55,139 nt of DNA. Source: Candidatus Sericytochromatia bacterium. Lineage in GTDB: Bacteria; Cyanobacteriota; Sericytochromatia; S15B-MN24; UBA4093. Shown one piece after another: positions 8,466 to 17,547 of the stretch (position 1 is its first letter; each line of letters starts with the position of its first letter). The notes under the pieces were generated by a model, which had not been told where the DNA came from, ran no database searches, and saw only the letters and a program-made list of their open reading frames with translations. Position numbers and translations under genes: made by a program. The DNA lies in contig JAKFBU010000051.1 of the NCBI GenBank assembly GCA_036676985.1, forward strand, positions 1 through 55,139, written 5' to 3'.

Positions 8466-9911
8466 ATGCCGAAACACTCTTGGTTGATATTGGCGCTGCT
8501 GGTCGCCCTGGTGGGCTGCCAGACGGCCGCTCCTCCCTCGATCCGATCGGGAGACGCCACTCCCGCGCAGGGTCAGGCCGTGTCGTCGGTGCCGCCCCTG
8601 TCGGGCGTGCTCCAGCCGCCCGACCGCTCGACCCAGGCCTTGCCGAGCGACGTCATCAACGCGGCGACCGTCACGCTGATCGACCCCTCGTCGAACGTGG
8701 CCGTGACGACGGCCATGACCAACGCCACTGGTAACTTCACCCTCCAGTTCTCGGGCGGCTTCACGGCGTCTTTGGGCAGCATCTACGTCCTCGAGGCCTT
8801 CAAGGGCCTGGCGAACAACTCGCCCGGCTACTACGCGCCGCGCTTCCGCACCATCGTGCAGCTGGGCGCCGGGGGCTGGACCTCCATCACGGGCAGCACC
8901 ATCTACATCAACGCGCTGACCACGGCGATCGCCATCACGGACGCCTTCGACGGCACCATGACCGCCGGCAACACCATCGAGAAGGTCACGCCGCCCGCCA
9001 CGCTGCTCAGCAACGCCTTCCAGGCGGTGGGCACCGGCCACCCCGACTCCGAGGTCTACCAGCTCTCGAGTGACATCAGCAACTACCTGACCAACAACAT
9101 CGACCCGGTGCTGAGCGTGTCGTCGATCGCTCCCACCATCACCTCCTTCTCGCCCACCTCGGGCGGTGCGGGCACGGTGGTCACGGTCTACGGCACGGGC
9201 TTCAACGCTTCGCCCGGCAGCACGACCGTCACCTTCAACGGCGTGGCCGCCAACGTCATCTACGTGGCGCCGCGCCTCGACACGCCGGGCCAGAGCCGGC
9301 TCGCGGTCGTGGCCCCCGGGGCCTTCACCACCGGCAAGATCCGGGTCTCGACGCCCATCGGCACCGTGCTGAGCGTCGCGGACTTCACGACCAACGTCCC
9401 GACCATCTCGAGCCTGAGCGTGGCGACGGGCTCGGTCGGCACCACCGTCACCCTCACGGGCACCAACTTCGACCTCAACGCCAGCAACGACATCGTGCGC
9501 TTCAACGGGGTGCTCGCCCCGGTCACCGCGGCCTCGGCCACCAGCCTGACAGTGGCGGTGCCCGCGGGGGCGACCACGGGCAACGTGGTGGTCACCACCA
9601 ACGCCGGCGCCAGCAACGGCCTCGCCTTTGCGGTCTATCCCAACATCGTCTCGATGAACCGCACCTCGGGACCCATCGGCGGCACGGTCGTCCTGACGGG
9701 CACCAACTTCGACGGAGTGGTCATGGCCAACAACCTGGTCCGCTTCAACGGCATCCTGGCCACCGTGACGGCGGCCACGTCCACCTCCATCACCTGCTCG
9801 GTGCCCGCCGGAGCGGCCACCGGCCCTGTGACCGTCACCATCGGCGGCAACACCAGCACCGCTATCACCTTCTACGTCGTGCCGACCCTGGGCGGCACCG
9901 GCACGCTGTAA
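8466..9911 (+). CDS. Lipoprotein B: conserved N-domain, 3 IPT/TIG domains, tail PTLGGTGTL
   Basis: RBS AGGAGG, lipobox LVGC. N-domain motifs ATVTLID, LEAFKGL, RFRT, GWTSIT. Three IPT repeats. Confidence 0.88.
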   Translation: MPKHSWLILALLVALVGCQTAAPPSIRSGDATPAQGQAVSSVPPLSGVLQPPDRSTQALPSDVINAATVTLIDPSSNVAVTTAMTNATGNFTLQFSGGFTASLGSIYVLEAFKGLANNSPGYYAPRFRTIVQLGAGGWTSITGSTIYINALTTAIAITDAFDGTMTAGNTIEKVTPPATLLSNAFQAVGTGHPDSEVYQLSSDISNYLTNNIDPVLSVSSIAPTITSFSPTSGGAGTVVTVYGTGFNASPGSTTVTFNGVAANVIYVAPRLDTPGQSRLAVVAPGAFTTGKIRVSTPIGTVLSVADFTTNVPTISSLSVATGSVGTTVTLTGTNFDLNASNDIVRFNGVLAPVTAASATSLTVAVPAGATTGNVVVTTNAGASNGLAFAVYPNIVSMNRTSGPIGGTVVLTGTNFDGVVMANNLVRFNGILATVTAATSTSITCSVPAGAATGPVTVTIGGNTSTAITFYVVPTLGGTGTL

Positions 9912-9922
9912 GCGAGGTTCCA

Positions 9923-12817
9923 ATGAAGAGTCAGAGTTTCAAGACATCCGTGGCACTGGCCCTGGTCGGGGTCCTGGCCGGCTGCGTGCCGAGCCTGTGG
10001 TCGAAGCCGACAGGCGGAGACCAGCTTCCGACCCTCAGCCGCCAGGGCGGCGTGCAGGTCACCCAGGACGGCGACACCACCACCCTCCAGCGTCTGGACA
10101 CCATCCTGGTGGGACAGGTCTCGCTCGGAGACGGCGATCGCCAGGTCCAGGCCTCGTTGGGGGACGTGGTCAACAACGCGTCCGTCGCCCTGATCGATCC
10201 GGCCTCCAACGTCACGGTCGCCACCTCGGTCACCGACGGCTCGGGCAACTTCTCGATCCCGTTGCCCACCAGCTGGAACCCCGCCCAGGGCAGCAACTTC
10301 GTGCTCGAGGCCTTCAAGGGCCTCGGCAGCAACGCGGCCGGTCAGAACGTGGTCCGGCTGCGGACCATGGTCCAGAAGCTCGCGGGCCAGGGTAACTTCA
10401 CGAGCATCACGGGCACGGACTCCATCGGCGTCAACCCGATGACGACGGCCGTCTACCTCAAGTCGCTCGCGGGCTTCGGCACCGTGCCCATCGCCAACAC
10501 CTTCTATGGCGACAACAAGGGCACGGTCAACAACCTGGGCAACCTGCGCCAGGCCAACCAGTTCACCACCTGGAGCGTCACCGACGCCCAGCTGACCAAC
10601 CTGCGCACCCTCATCACCGACACGGTGACGGGCAACTACGACCCGGTGGCCGCCGCCAACTCGGCGTTGCAGCCGGTGGTCGACAACTTCAGCACCTACA
10701 CGGCTCCGGTGGGCTCGCTGGTGTCGATCAACGGCTCGGGCTTCAACCCGGTCCCGTCGGGCAACACCGTGACCTTCAACCCGGGCGTGACGGCGTCCAT
10801 CCTCTACGGCAGCAAGAGCCAGCTGGTCGTGGCGGTGCCCGCCGGGGCCACCTCTGGCAACGTGACGGTCCAGACCTCGACGGGCACGAGCGCGCCCACC
10901 AACTTCACGGTCTCGGCACCGGTCGGCAGCGCCACGGGCGCTCCGGTCGTCGCCAACATCGACAACGCCACGCCCGCTCCGGGCAACACGCTCCAGATCG
11001 GCGGCGTGAACTTCGTCAACGGCGTCAACACCGTCACCTTCTCGGCCGGTGGCGGCACAACGGTCAACGGCAGCGGCACCTACGTCAACGCCAACCAGCT
11101 CACGGTGACGGTGCCGGCCTCGGCCAAGAGCGGTCCGCTCACGGTCACCAACTCCAACGGCACCAGCAACGGCTACTGGGTCGAGATCATCCACGGCTCG
11201 GGCACGCTGGTCGAGACCTTCGCGGACAGCAGCCGCAACGACACCACGGCCACCAACCTCGGCCAGTGGGTGGGCGGCATCTCCCCGGTCGGCGCCGGCA
11301 CCACGCTCGGATCGACCATCGCGGACTTCGACGCCATGACGGGCGTCAACGTCCAGCGGGTCTACGACAACGGCAACCCGAACTATCCGGCTTCGGTCCA
11401 GCTCGCCATCACCGAAACCTATCCGCACACCAACGGTCAGGTCTTGCCGACGGACCTTTACCAGACCGTCTCCACGGGCTACCTGGTCGCGACCAACGGT
11501 CGCCAGATCTACTTCGGCAACACCACGCCCACCATGATGCTCATGTCGACGGGCTTCGACGGCATGTCGTTCGGCTTCCGCAATCCGGCGCCCACCATCA
11601 CGGGGTTCGGGGCGACCGCCAACTACAAGATGGTGGGCTTGGTCGGAGCGAACAACTACTTCTACCTGGACGAGACCACTCCCTCGTTCTTCGGCCTCAG
11701 CTACCAGAACCTCTCGAATCCCTTCGCCCCCACGGGCGGTTCCACGGCCTTCTACGCCCAGGACGGCACGAGCGCGCTTGGTCTGTACAAGAACGCGTCG
11801 GCCACCAACGGCTCCAAGATCGGGTCGGACGGTACCTACATCTACGTCCTGTCCGGTCAGGGCTACGTCGCGGGCGTACCGACCTACACCCAGGCCTGGA
11901 ACCTCTACAAGTTCCGGCCGGACTCCTACCTCAACCCGACCAAGCTCATCCTGGCAGAGCCGCCCTTCCAGAACATCACGCTGCCGGGCACCAACTACGT
12001 CAATACGCAGTACACGGGCCTCATGGTCGATCGCCGGGCCTTCTACCTGTCGGGCTACGCCTCGGGCGGCAGCGTCGACTCGATGACGCCCTACTCGCTG
12101 CGGACCGGCGCCAGCAAGAACCTGACGGTGCGCTTCCGCAACGGGGACGGCAACTACGCGAACGTCACCTGGGACCCCTTGAACGACGTCTACTACGCGG
12201 TGAACCACAGCAACACCAACTGGTACCGCAACTACATCGCCTCCAAGGCCTACGAGACGACGGGCACGATCACCACCGGCGTCCAGACGCTGCCGGCGGG
12301 TCAGGCCTGGTCGCAGGTGGGCATGGTGGTGGACTCGCTGCCGGCAGGCGCCAACGTCACCTTCGACGTGCTCGACGCGGCGGGCACCCCGCTGGGCGCC
12401 TACCGCAACCTGACGCCGGGGGCGAGCCTCCGGAACCTGGCCACCACCAACATCCGGATCCGGGTCAATCTGTCGGGCAACGGGTCGGTGACCCCGGTGG
12501 TCCGGGCCATCAACCTCCTGACCATCCCGACCAGTCCCATCGCCCGTTCGACGGCCATCCAGATCCCGGGGGCCGATGCGAACGACCGGATCATCATCGA
12601 CTCGGTGCAGTACACCCACACGCTGAACGGCGGCACCATCACCTACCAGTACGCCGACAGCGCGGACAACACGGCCTATTCGTCGTTCCAGAACAGCTTC
12701 ACGTCGGTCAGCCGTCGCTACCTCAAGTGGCAGGTCGTGCCGACGGTGGCGACCGCGACCGAGTCCGCAATGGTTCCGCCGATCGTCCGGCGGGTCCAGA
12801 TCAACTACCACTACTAA
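9923..12817 (+). CDS. Lipoprotein C: conserved N-domain, 2 IPT/TIG domains, large beta-rich (propeller/jelly-roll-like) putative adhesin region
   Basis: Lipobox LAGC, N-domain motifs, two IPT units, Tyr/Thr/Asn-rich C-terminal half ending RRVQINYHY. Confidence 0.85.
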   Translation: MKSQSFKTSVALALVGVLAGCVPSLWSKPTGGDQLPTLSRQGGVQVTQDGDTTTLQRLDTILVGQVSLGDGDRQVQASLGDVVNNASVALIDPASNVTVATSVTDGSGNFSIPLPTSWNPAQGSNFVLEAFKGLGSNAAGQNVVRLRTMVQKLAGQGNFTSITGTDSIGVNPMTTAVYLKSLAGFGTVPIANTFYGDNKGTVNNLGNLRQANQFTTWSVTDAQLTNLRTLITDTVTGNYDPVAAANSALQPVVDNFSTYTAPVGSLVSINGSGFNPVPSGNTVTFNPGVTASILYGSKSQLVVAVPAGATSGNVTVQTSTGTSAPTNFTVSAPVGSATGAPVVANIDNATPAPGNTLQIGGVNFVNGVNTVTFSAGGGTTVNGSGTYVNANQLTVTVPASAKSGPLTVTNSNGTSNGYWVEIIHGSGTLVETFADSSRNDTTATNLGQWVGGISPVGAGTTLGSTIADFDAMTGVNVQRVYDNGNPNYPASVQLAITETYPHTNGQVLPTDLYQTVSTGYLVATNGRQIYFGNTTPTMMLMSTGFDGMSFGFRNPAPTITGFGATANYKMVGLVGANNYFYLDETTPSFFGLSYQNLSNPFAPTGGSTAFYAQDGTSALGLYKNASATNGSKIGSDGTYIYVLSGQGYVAGVPTYTQAWNLYKFRPDSYLNPTKLILAEPPFQNITLPGTNYVNTQYTGLMVDRRAFYLSGYASGGSVDSMTPYSLRTGASKNLTVRFRNGDGNYANVTWDPLNDVYYAVNHSNTNWYRNYIASKAYETTGTITTGVQTLPAGQAWSQVGMVVDSLPAGANVTFDVLDAAGTPLGAYRNLTPGASLRNLATTNIRIRVNLSGNGSVTPVVRAINLLTIPTSPIARSTAIQIPGADANDRIIIDSVQYTHTLNGGTITYQYADSADNTAYSSFQNSFTSVSRRYLKWQVVPTVATATESAMVPPIVRRVQINYHY

Positions 12818-12830
12818 GGGGGTGGACACC

Positions 12831-15656
12831 ATGTGGAAACAGCGCATCTTGACAGTCATGGTGGCCCTCGCCGCCATCACGGCCGGCTGTAAGCCGCCGG
12901 CCGCCCTGGCCCCCCTCGGCGGCACCCAGCCCGACGCCGAGCCGACGAGCGTCGGCGCCACCCGGCAGACGCTCGGCGATCCGCGCGTCCTTTCGGGGGT
13001 GATCGCGTTCCCCGGCGAGCGCCAGACCCAGGCGACCGCCGCCGACGTGGTGAACGCCGCGACGCTGCAGCTCATCGATCCGACCACCAACATGACGGTG
13101 ATCGGCGGGGTGATGAGCAACGGCGGGAGCGGCACCCAGACCTTCTCGCTGGCCATCCCCCTCACCTTCCAACCCTCGACCGGACAGGTGTTCATGCTCG
13201 AGGCCATCAAGGGCCTGAACAACACCCGTCCGGGCAACGAGGCGGTCCGCCTGCGCACGTTCGTCCAGTGGACCGCCGGCGGCTGGACCAGCACCACGGG
13301 CAGCTCGACCATCGCCATCACGGCGATGACGACCGCCGTGTCGCTCATCAGCAGCATCGATCCTGGTAACGTCCCGCCGGCCCAGACCATCGGAGACGTG
13401 ACCTACAACCTCGGCACCAGCACCTTCACCGGCTCGCTGCCGGGACACACGGGCGCCGAGGTCACCAACCTCACGCGCTCGGTCAATGACTACATCGCCG
13501 GCAACGTGGACCCGGTCGCCAACACCAGCCGTCTGACCCCTCAGGTCACGGGCCTGTCGGTGGCGCGCGGGGCCGTGGGCGACGTGGTCGCCGTCTACGG
13601 CGACGGCTTCAGCCCCATCACCGGGGCCGCGACCGTCAGCTTCAACGGCGCCAACGTCGGGACCTACGTGGTCCGGAGCCGAACGGCCATGTACGTGGTC
13701 GTCCCGACCGGCGCCACCACGGGCAACGTCACGGTGACGACCCTGGGCGGCACCAGCAACGGCCTCCCCTTCACGGTCTCGACCCCCGGCGCCACCACCA
13801 TCAGCCCCGTGGTCACGGGCCTGAGTCGGACGGTCGTGCGCCGCGGAGATACGCTCACGCTGACGGGCTACAACTTCGACGGCAACTACAGCCTCAACAC
13901 CGTCACGCTGAACGGCAGCATCGATCTGCCGGTAATCAACGGGTCGCCATCCTTCCTGACGGTCACCATCCCGAACAACGCCGTGAGCGGCGCCATCCGG
14001 GTCACCAACGTCAATGGCCCGAGCGGCGCCTGGTACCTGGGGGTCCTCACCTCGACCACCCAATCGATCGTCGAGGAGTTTACCAACGCGGCGACCAAGG
14101 ATACGGCCATCACCACGCTCGACTGGTCCACGACCGGCACGCTGGGATACCCGGCGCTCGTCGATTGGAAGCAGCAGGGGGCGGACTTCTCGGCCGTCAC
14201 CACGGCCGGCGCCACGATGGACACCTTCGTGAACACCTGGCCCAAGGGAGGCGGCGTCGGCATCCGGCGGTCGGTCGCCAACACGAGCTTCATCCAGACG
14301 GGTGATACCTATCCCTACGGTTTGCCGACGAATGGCGGCGGCATGGCCACCAACGGCGACATCCTGGTCGGCATCGAATCCAACGTGCTATACGCCACCA
14401 AGATCAAGAATCTCCGCGACATCAGCAACGAGTGGACCACCCAGACTCTCGGCTATCCCTTCGCCAACGTCAGTAACAGCGCCTACCTCGGGATGGCGGG
14501 GCTGCAGGGCAGCGACGTCTTCTACTACGTCAACGGCTACGGCCAGGCGTCGATCAACAGCCTGAAGCGATTCCGGATCAACGACTACGGCGTCGCCCGC
14601 ATGGCGGACATCACGTTGCCCATCACGATCAACCGGTACTCGACCTACAGCTACGGCTTCCGGATCGGATCGGACGGGACCTACATCCTCATCTGGGCGG
14701 GCCAGGGGACCGGCTACTCGACCTCGAGCAGCTACTTCTATCGCTTCGCGATGAACGGCGACACGGCGACGCTGATCGAGGCGCGACCCGTGAGCCCCTC
14801 GTACTGGCCGCAGGATACCAGCACCTACCACTACCTCTCGGGCGACGACATGCACTACCACATGACGGGCTTCGACGGGACGTATCCGCGGACTCAGATG
14901 TTGAACCTGACCGGCAGCGTCTACACGACCGGGTTCAACCTGCCCTTCCGCGGCAGCAGCTTCTACTACTACAACTACCTGGTCTACGACGCGAAGAACG
15001 ACTGCTACTGGGCCACCAACCCGAGCCAAGTCGGCAGCTACGTGATGCGCCTGGTGCGCACAGGGGCCTACGCAACGACCCAGGGCATCAACTCGGTCAC
15101 CTCGCCGGCCATCGCCCTTCCTGCGGGACAGGTCTGGGATCAGCTGGCGGTCACGGGCGAGGAGGCGCCGCAAACGGCCATCAAGTTCGAGGTCCTGAAC
15201 GGCACGACCAACGCCGTGCTGTACACGTCGCCGGACATGCCGTCGGGCACGATCAACCAGACGCTGAACGTGCGCTCGGCGCTCGCAGGCTACACCGGGT
15301 CCGTCAAGCTGCGCGCCTGGCTGGATACGACCACCGCGAACAACACCCCGTACCTGACCAGCTGGCGGATCACCTCGGCCTGGGGTAGCCAGCCCCTGGC
15401 CCAGTCCAACGCCTACGACACCCGGGTCACCTCGGGCGCGGTCAACTACCAGTCGTTCACCGTTGATCAGCCGGCTGGTGCTCCCGCCATCACGGTCATG
15501 TTCTCGGACAGCCCGGACGGCAACACCTGGAGCGCCTGGACGCCCAACCTCACGTCGCTGAGCAAGCGCTACGTGCGGTGGCAGATCACTCCGTCGGTCG
15601 CCAGCGCTTATAGTGGGCAATTGGCGGAACGGTTACAGATCGACTACCAGTACTAA
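12831..15656 (+). CDS. Lipoprotein D: paralog of C (N-domain, 2 IPT/TIG domains, beta-rich putative adhesin region)
   Basis: ATG at 12831 preferred over GTG 12822 on RBS spacing. Lipobox TAGC. Shares IGSDGTYI, LPAGQ.W, DS.D, and S.RY..WQ with C. Ends ERLQIDYQY. Confidence 0.85.
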   Translation: MWKQRILTVMVALAAITAGCKPPAALAPLGGTQPDAEPTSVGATRQTLGDPRVLSGVIAFPGERQTQATAADVVNAATLQLIDPTTNMTVIGGVMSNGGSGTQTFSLAIPLTFQPSTGQVFMLEAIKGLNNTRPGNEAVRLRTFVQWTAGGWTSTTGSSTIAITAMTTAVSLISSIDPGNVPPAQTIGDVTYNLGTSTFTGSLPGHTGAEVTNLTRSVNDYIAGNVDPVANTSRLTPQVTGLSVARGAVGDVVAVYGDGFSPITGAATVSFNGANVGTYVVRSRTAMYVVVPTGATTGNVTVTTLGGTSNGLPFTVSTPGATTISPVVTGLSRTVVRRGDTLTLTGYNFDGNYSLNTVTLNGSIDLPVINGSPSFLTVTIPNNAVSGAIRVTNVNGPSGAWYLGVLTSTTQSIVEEFTNAATKDTAITTLDWSTTGTLGYPALVDWKQQGADFSAVTTAGATMDTFVNTWPKGGGVGIRRSVANTSFIQTGDTYPYGLPTNGGGMATNGDILVGIESNVLYATKIKNLRDISNEWTTQTLGYPFANVSNSAYLGMAGLQGSDVFYYVNGYGQASINSLKRFRINDYGVARMADITLPITINRYSTYSYGFRIGSDGTYILIWAGQGTGYSTSSSYFYRFAMNGDTATLIEARPVSPSYWPQDTSTYHYLSGDDMHYHMTGFDGTYPRTQMLNLTGSVYTTGFNLPFRGSSFYYYNYLVYDAKNDCYWATNPSQVGSYVMRLVRTGAYATTQGINSVTSPAIALPAGQVWDQLAVTGEEAPQTAIKFEVLNGTTNAVLYTSPDMPSGTINQTLNVRSALAGYTGSVKLRAWLDTTTANNTPYLTSWRITSAWGSQPLAQSNAYDTRVTSGAVNYQSFTVDQPAGAPAITVMFSDSPDGNTWSAWTPNLTSLSKRYVRWQITPSVASAYSGQLAERLQIDYQY

Positions 15657-15660
15657 AGGC

Positions 15661-15702
15661 CAGGAAGGGCGGGGCTGGGGCAACCCGGTCCCGCCCTTCT
15701 TG
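15661..15702 (+). terminator. Intra-operon GC-rich hairpin with GCAA tetraloop (partial terminator or mRNA stabiliser)
   Basis: CAGGAAGGGCGGGGCTGGG-GCAA-CCCGGTCCCGCCCTTCTTG between genes D and E; weak U-tract. Confidence 0.65.
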
Positions 15703-15713
15703 CGGGTGATCCC

Positions 15714-16325
15714 ATGCGTATCGTTCTCATCGGACTCTTGCTATTGACCGTCGGCTGCACGCCGACCAGCGGACCTGCCGTGACGGGTCCGGACGGCGCC
15801 GTTCTGCCCCAGGGCGAGCCCAAGGTCACCCACCTGGACCGTTCGGCCTTCCGGCCGGGCGAGAAGGTGACGCTCTTCGGACAAGGCTTCGACCCGACGC
15901 CGGCCAATAACCGGGTCGAGTTCGTGGGCGCCGAGGCCGTGCCCTCTCTTTCCAACCAGCAGAGCATGCTGGTCACGGTGCCCATGGAGGCGCGTTCGGG
16001 AGCACTGCGCGTGCTCGTCCGAGGGCTGAGCATCGGCCTCCTGTCCTACGAGGTGGATCCCCCCGAGATCGCCACCATCAGCCATGCGGCGACCTCTGCC
16101 GGCAACCAGTTGACCCTCCGGGGCCGCCACTTCGCGCCGGTGCTGAACGAGAACCGCATCTCGTTCAACGGCACGGAGGTGCTGCCCCTGGCGGGAGGCA
16201 ACGGGGTGCTCCTGGTCCCCGTCCAGGGGACCAGCGGCCCCCTGACCGTCCGCACCGGTGCGGGGACGAGCGCCCCGATCGAGTTCGTCGTGATCCCCCA
16301 GCTGGGGGGCAACTTCAATCCCTAA
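15714..16325 (+). CDS. Lipoprotein E: 2 IPT/TIG domains and tail PQLGGNFNP, no N-domain
   Basis: Lipobox TVGC. IPT units begin right after a short linker. Confidence 0.85.
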   Translation: MRIVLIGLLLLTVGCTPTSGPAVTGPDGAVLPQGEPKVTHLDRSAFRPGEKVTLFGQGFDPTPANNRVEFVGAEAVPSLSNQQSMLVTVPMEARSGALRVLVRGLSIGLLSYEVDPPEIATISHAATSAGNQLTLRGRHFAPVLNENRISFNGTEVLPLAGGNGVLLVPVQGTSGPLTVRTGAGTSAPIEFVVIPQLGGNFNP

Positions 16326-16344
16326 CCCTGCGAAAGGAGCAGTC

Positions 16345-17505
16345 ATGGCTTGGCGTCAGCGGTATCGCGCGAGTTTGGTCCTCAGTCTCTTTGCGCTGAG
16401 CTTGCTCGGCTGCGCGGGGGAAGAAGATGGCCTTGGCATCGTGGGCAAGCCCAAGGCCTCGACGGCACCGGCCAATGGGTCGGTGACGGGCGGTGATCCG
16501 AACAACGGCCAGAATACCGGGGCCTCGCCAACCCCGTCTCCGTCGCCCTCGCCAAAGGGCCCGGTCCTGCCCGCGGGCTTCGAGGTCAACTCGGACTTCA
16601 GCACCGGCTCGGTGCCCATCGTCCGGCCCCAGGCCATCGGGATCAGTGTGACGGGGGACGTCTGGGTGGCCTCGGCCCCCATGGACAGCCGTGACCTCAA
16701 CAAGCCCTACCTGATGACGGTGATGAACGGCTTCGGGAACGTCAAGGCGACGGCCTCTCTCGCCATCCTGCCCAAGGCGATCGCCTTCTACAAGCCGACG
16801 GGCGCTTCGGCCCTGACCTTCTTCACGGAAGGTCGGAACCTCGTCACCATGGACGCGAGCCTCAGCGTCGTCGCCGAGGTCGAGTACAACACGGGCAGCC
16901 CGAGCACGCTCTCCTCCGCCCTGAGCGTCACCTATCCCGGGCGGCCAGGTCTCGTCAAGGCGATCGCCACTCCCAATCAGGTGACGATCTATCCGATGGA
17001 CTACCCCGCTTCCGGAACGCCGGACGAGCGGGACTTCCCCGGTAGCGTGGCGGCCCTGGCGTGCGGCTATTACGGCAATACTTGGGCGGCCGGGTCCCAG
17101 AAGCTCGTCAAGCTGCCCCCGACCGCCGGCGGCACGCCCATCGAGACCTCGGTGACGGATCTCGGCACCCTGAAGAGCGTGGCCGTGCATTCCAACGAGG
17201 ACGTGTGGGTGCTCGGCACCGAAAAGCTCGCCCTCTACGGCACCGACGGCGTCCGGAAGGCCGGCCCCTTCAACTACGGGGGCGATCAGGTCCTCTTGAG
17301 GACCGGCAACAAGCCCGTGGTCGTGAACTACGAGACGGGCACGATCACCCGCCTGAACACGGACGGCACCCCCGACACGACGGGCCAGACGGGGATGTCC
17401 GCGGTGACGCTGCCGGGCGGCTTGAACGGCGCGGCGCTGGATACCAACGGCAACCTCTGGGTGTCCAGCAAGACCCAGGACTACGTCGCGAAAACGCGCT
17501 TCTAG
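16345..17505 (+). CDS. Lipoprotein F with beta-propeller (NHL/Vgb-like) domain
   Basis: RBS AAAGGAG, lipobox LLGC, Pro/Ser linker. Blade motifs GISVTGDVWVA, AVHSNEDVWVL, ALDTNGNLWVS. Confidence 0.8.
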   Translation: MAWRQRYRASLVLSLFALSLLGCAGEEDGLGIVGKPKASTAPANGSVTGGDPNNGQNTGASPTPSPSPSPKGPVLPAGFEVNSDFSTGSVPIVRPQAIGISVTGDVWVASAPMDSRDLNKPYLMTVMNGFGNVKATASLAILPKAIAFYKPTGASALTFFTEGRNLVTMDASLSVVAEVEYNTGSPSTLSSALSVTYPGRPGLVKAIATPNQVTIYPMDYPASGTPDERDFPGSVAALACGYYGNTWAAGSQKLVKLPPTAGGTPIETSVTDLGTLKSVAVHSNEDVWVLGTEKLALYGTDGVRKAGPFNYGGDQVLLRTGNKPVVVNYETGTITRLNTDGTPDTTGQTGMSAVTLPGGLNGAALDTNGNLWVSSKTQDYVAKTRF

Positions 17506-17512
17506 TCCAGAC

Positions 17513-17547
17513 GCGAACGGCCCCCGGCACTGCCGGGGGCCGTTCGC
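17513..17547. terminator. Perfect 17-bp inverted repeat between convergent genes (bidirectional terminator)
   Basis: GCGAACGGCCCCCGGCA-C-TGCCGGGGGCCGTTCGC. Confidence 0.8.

Noticed and set aside
9872-13390. 1172-aa minus-strand ORF (and similar ones at 8430-9923, 18805-21114, 28475-30739, 25037-27160)
   Set aside because: Antisense shadows of real genes. Stop codons are scarce on the opposite strand of high-GC3 genes, and these ORFs have no motifs or RBS.
9923-15656. C-terminal YHY/YQY as autotransporter beta-signals
   Set aside because: No ~250-300 aa amphipathic barrel precedes them; the ends look like the last strand of a soluble beta-sandwich.
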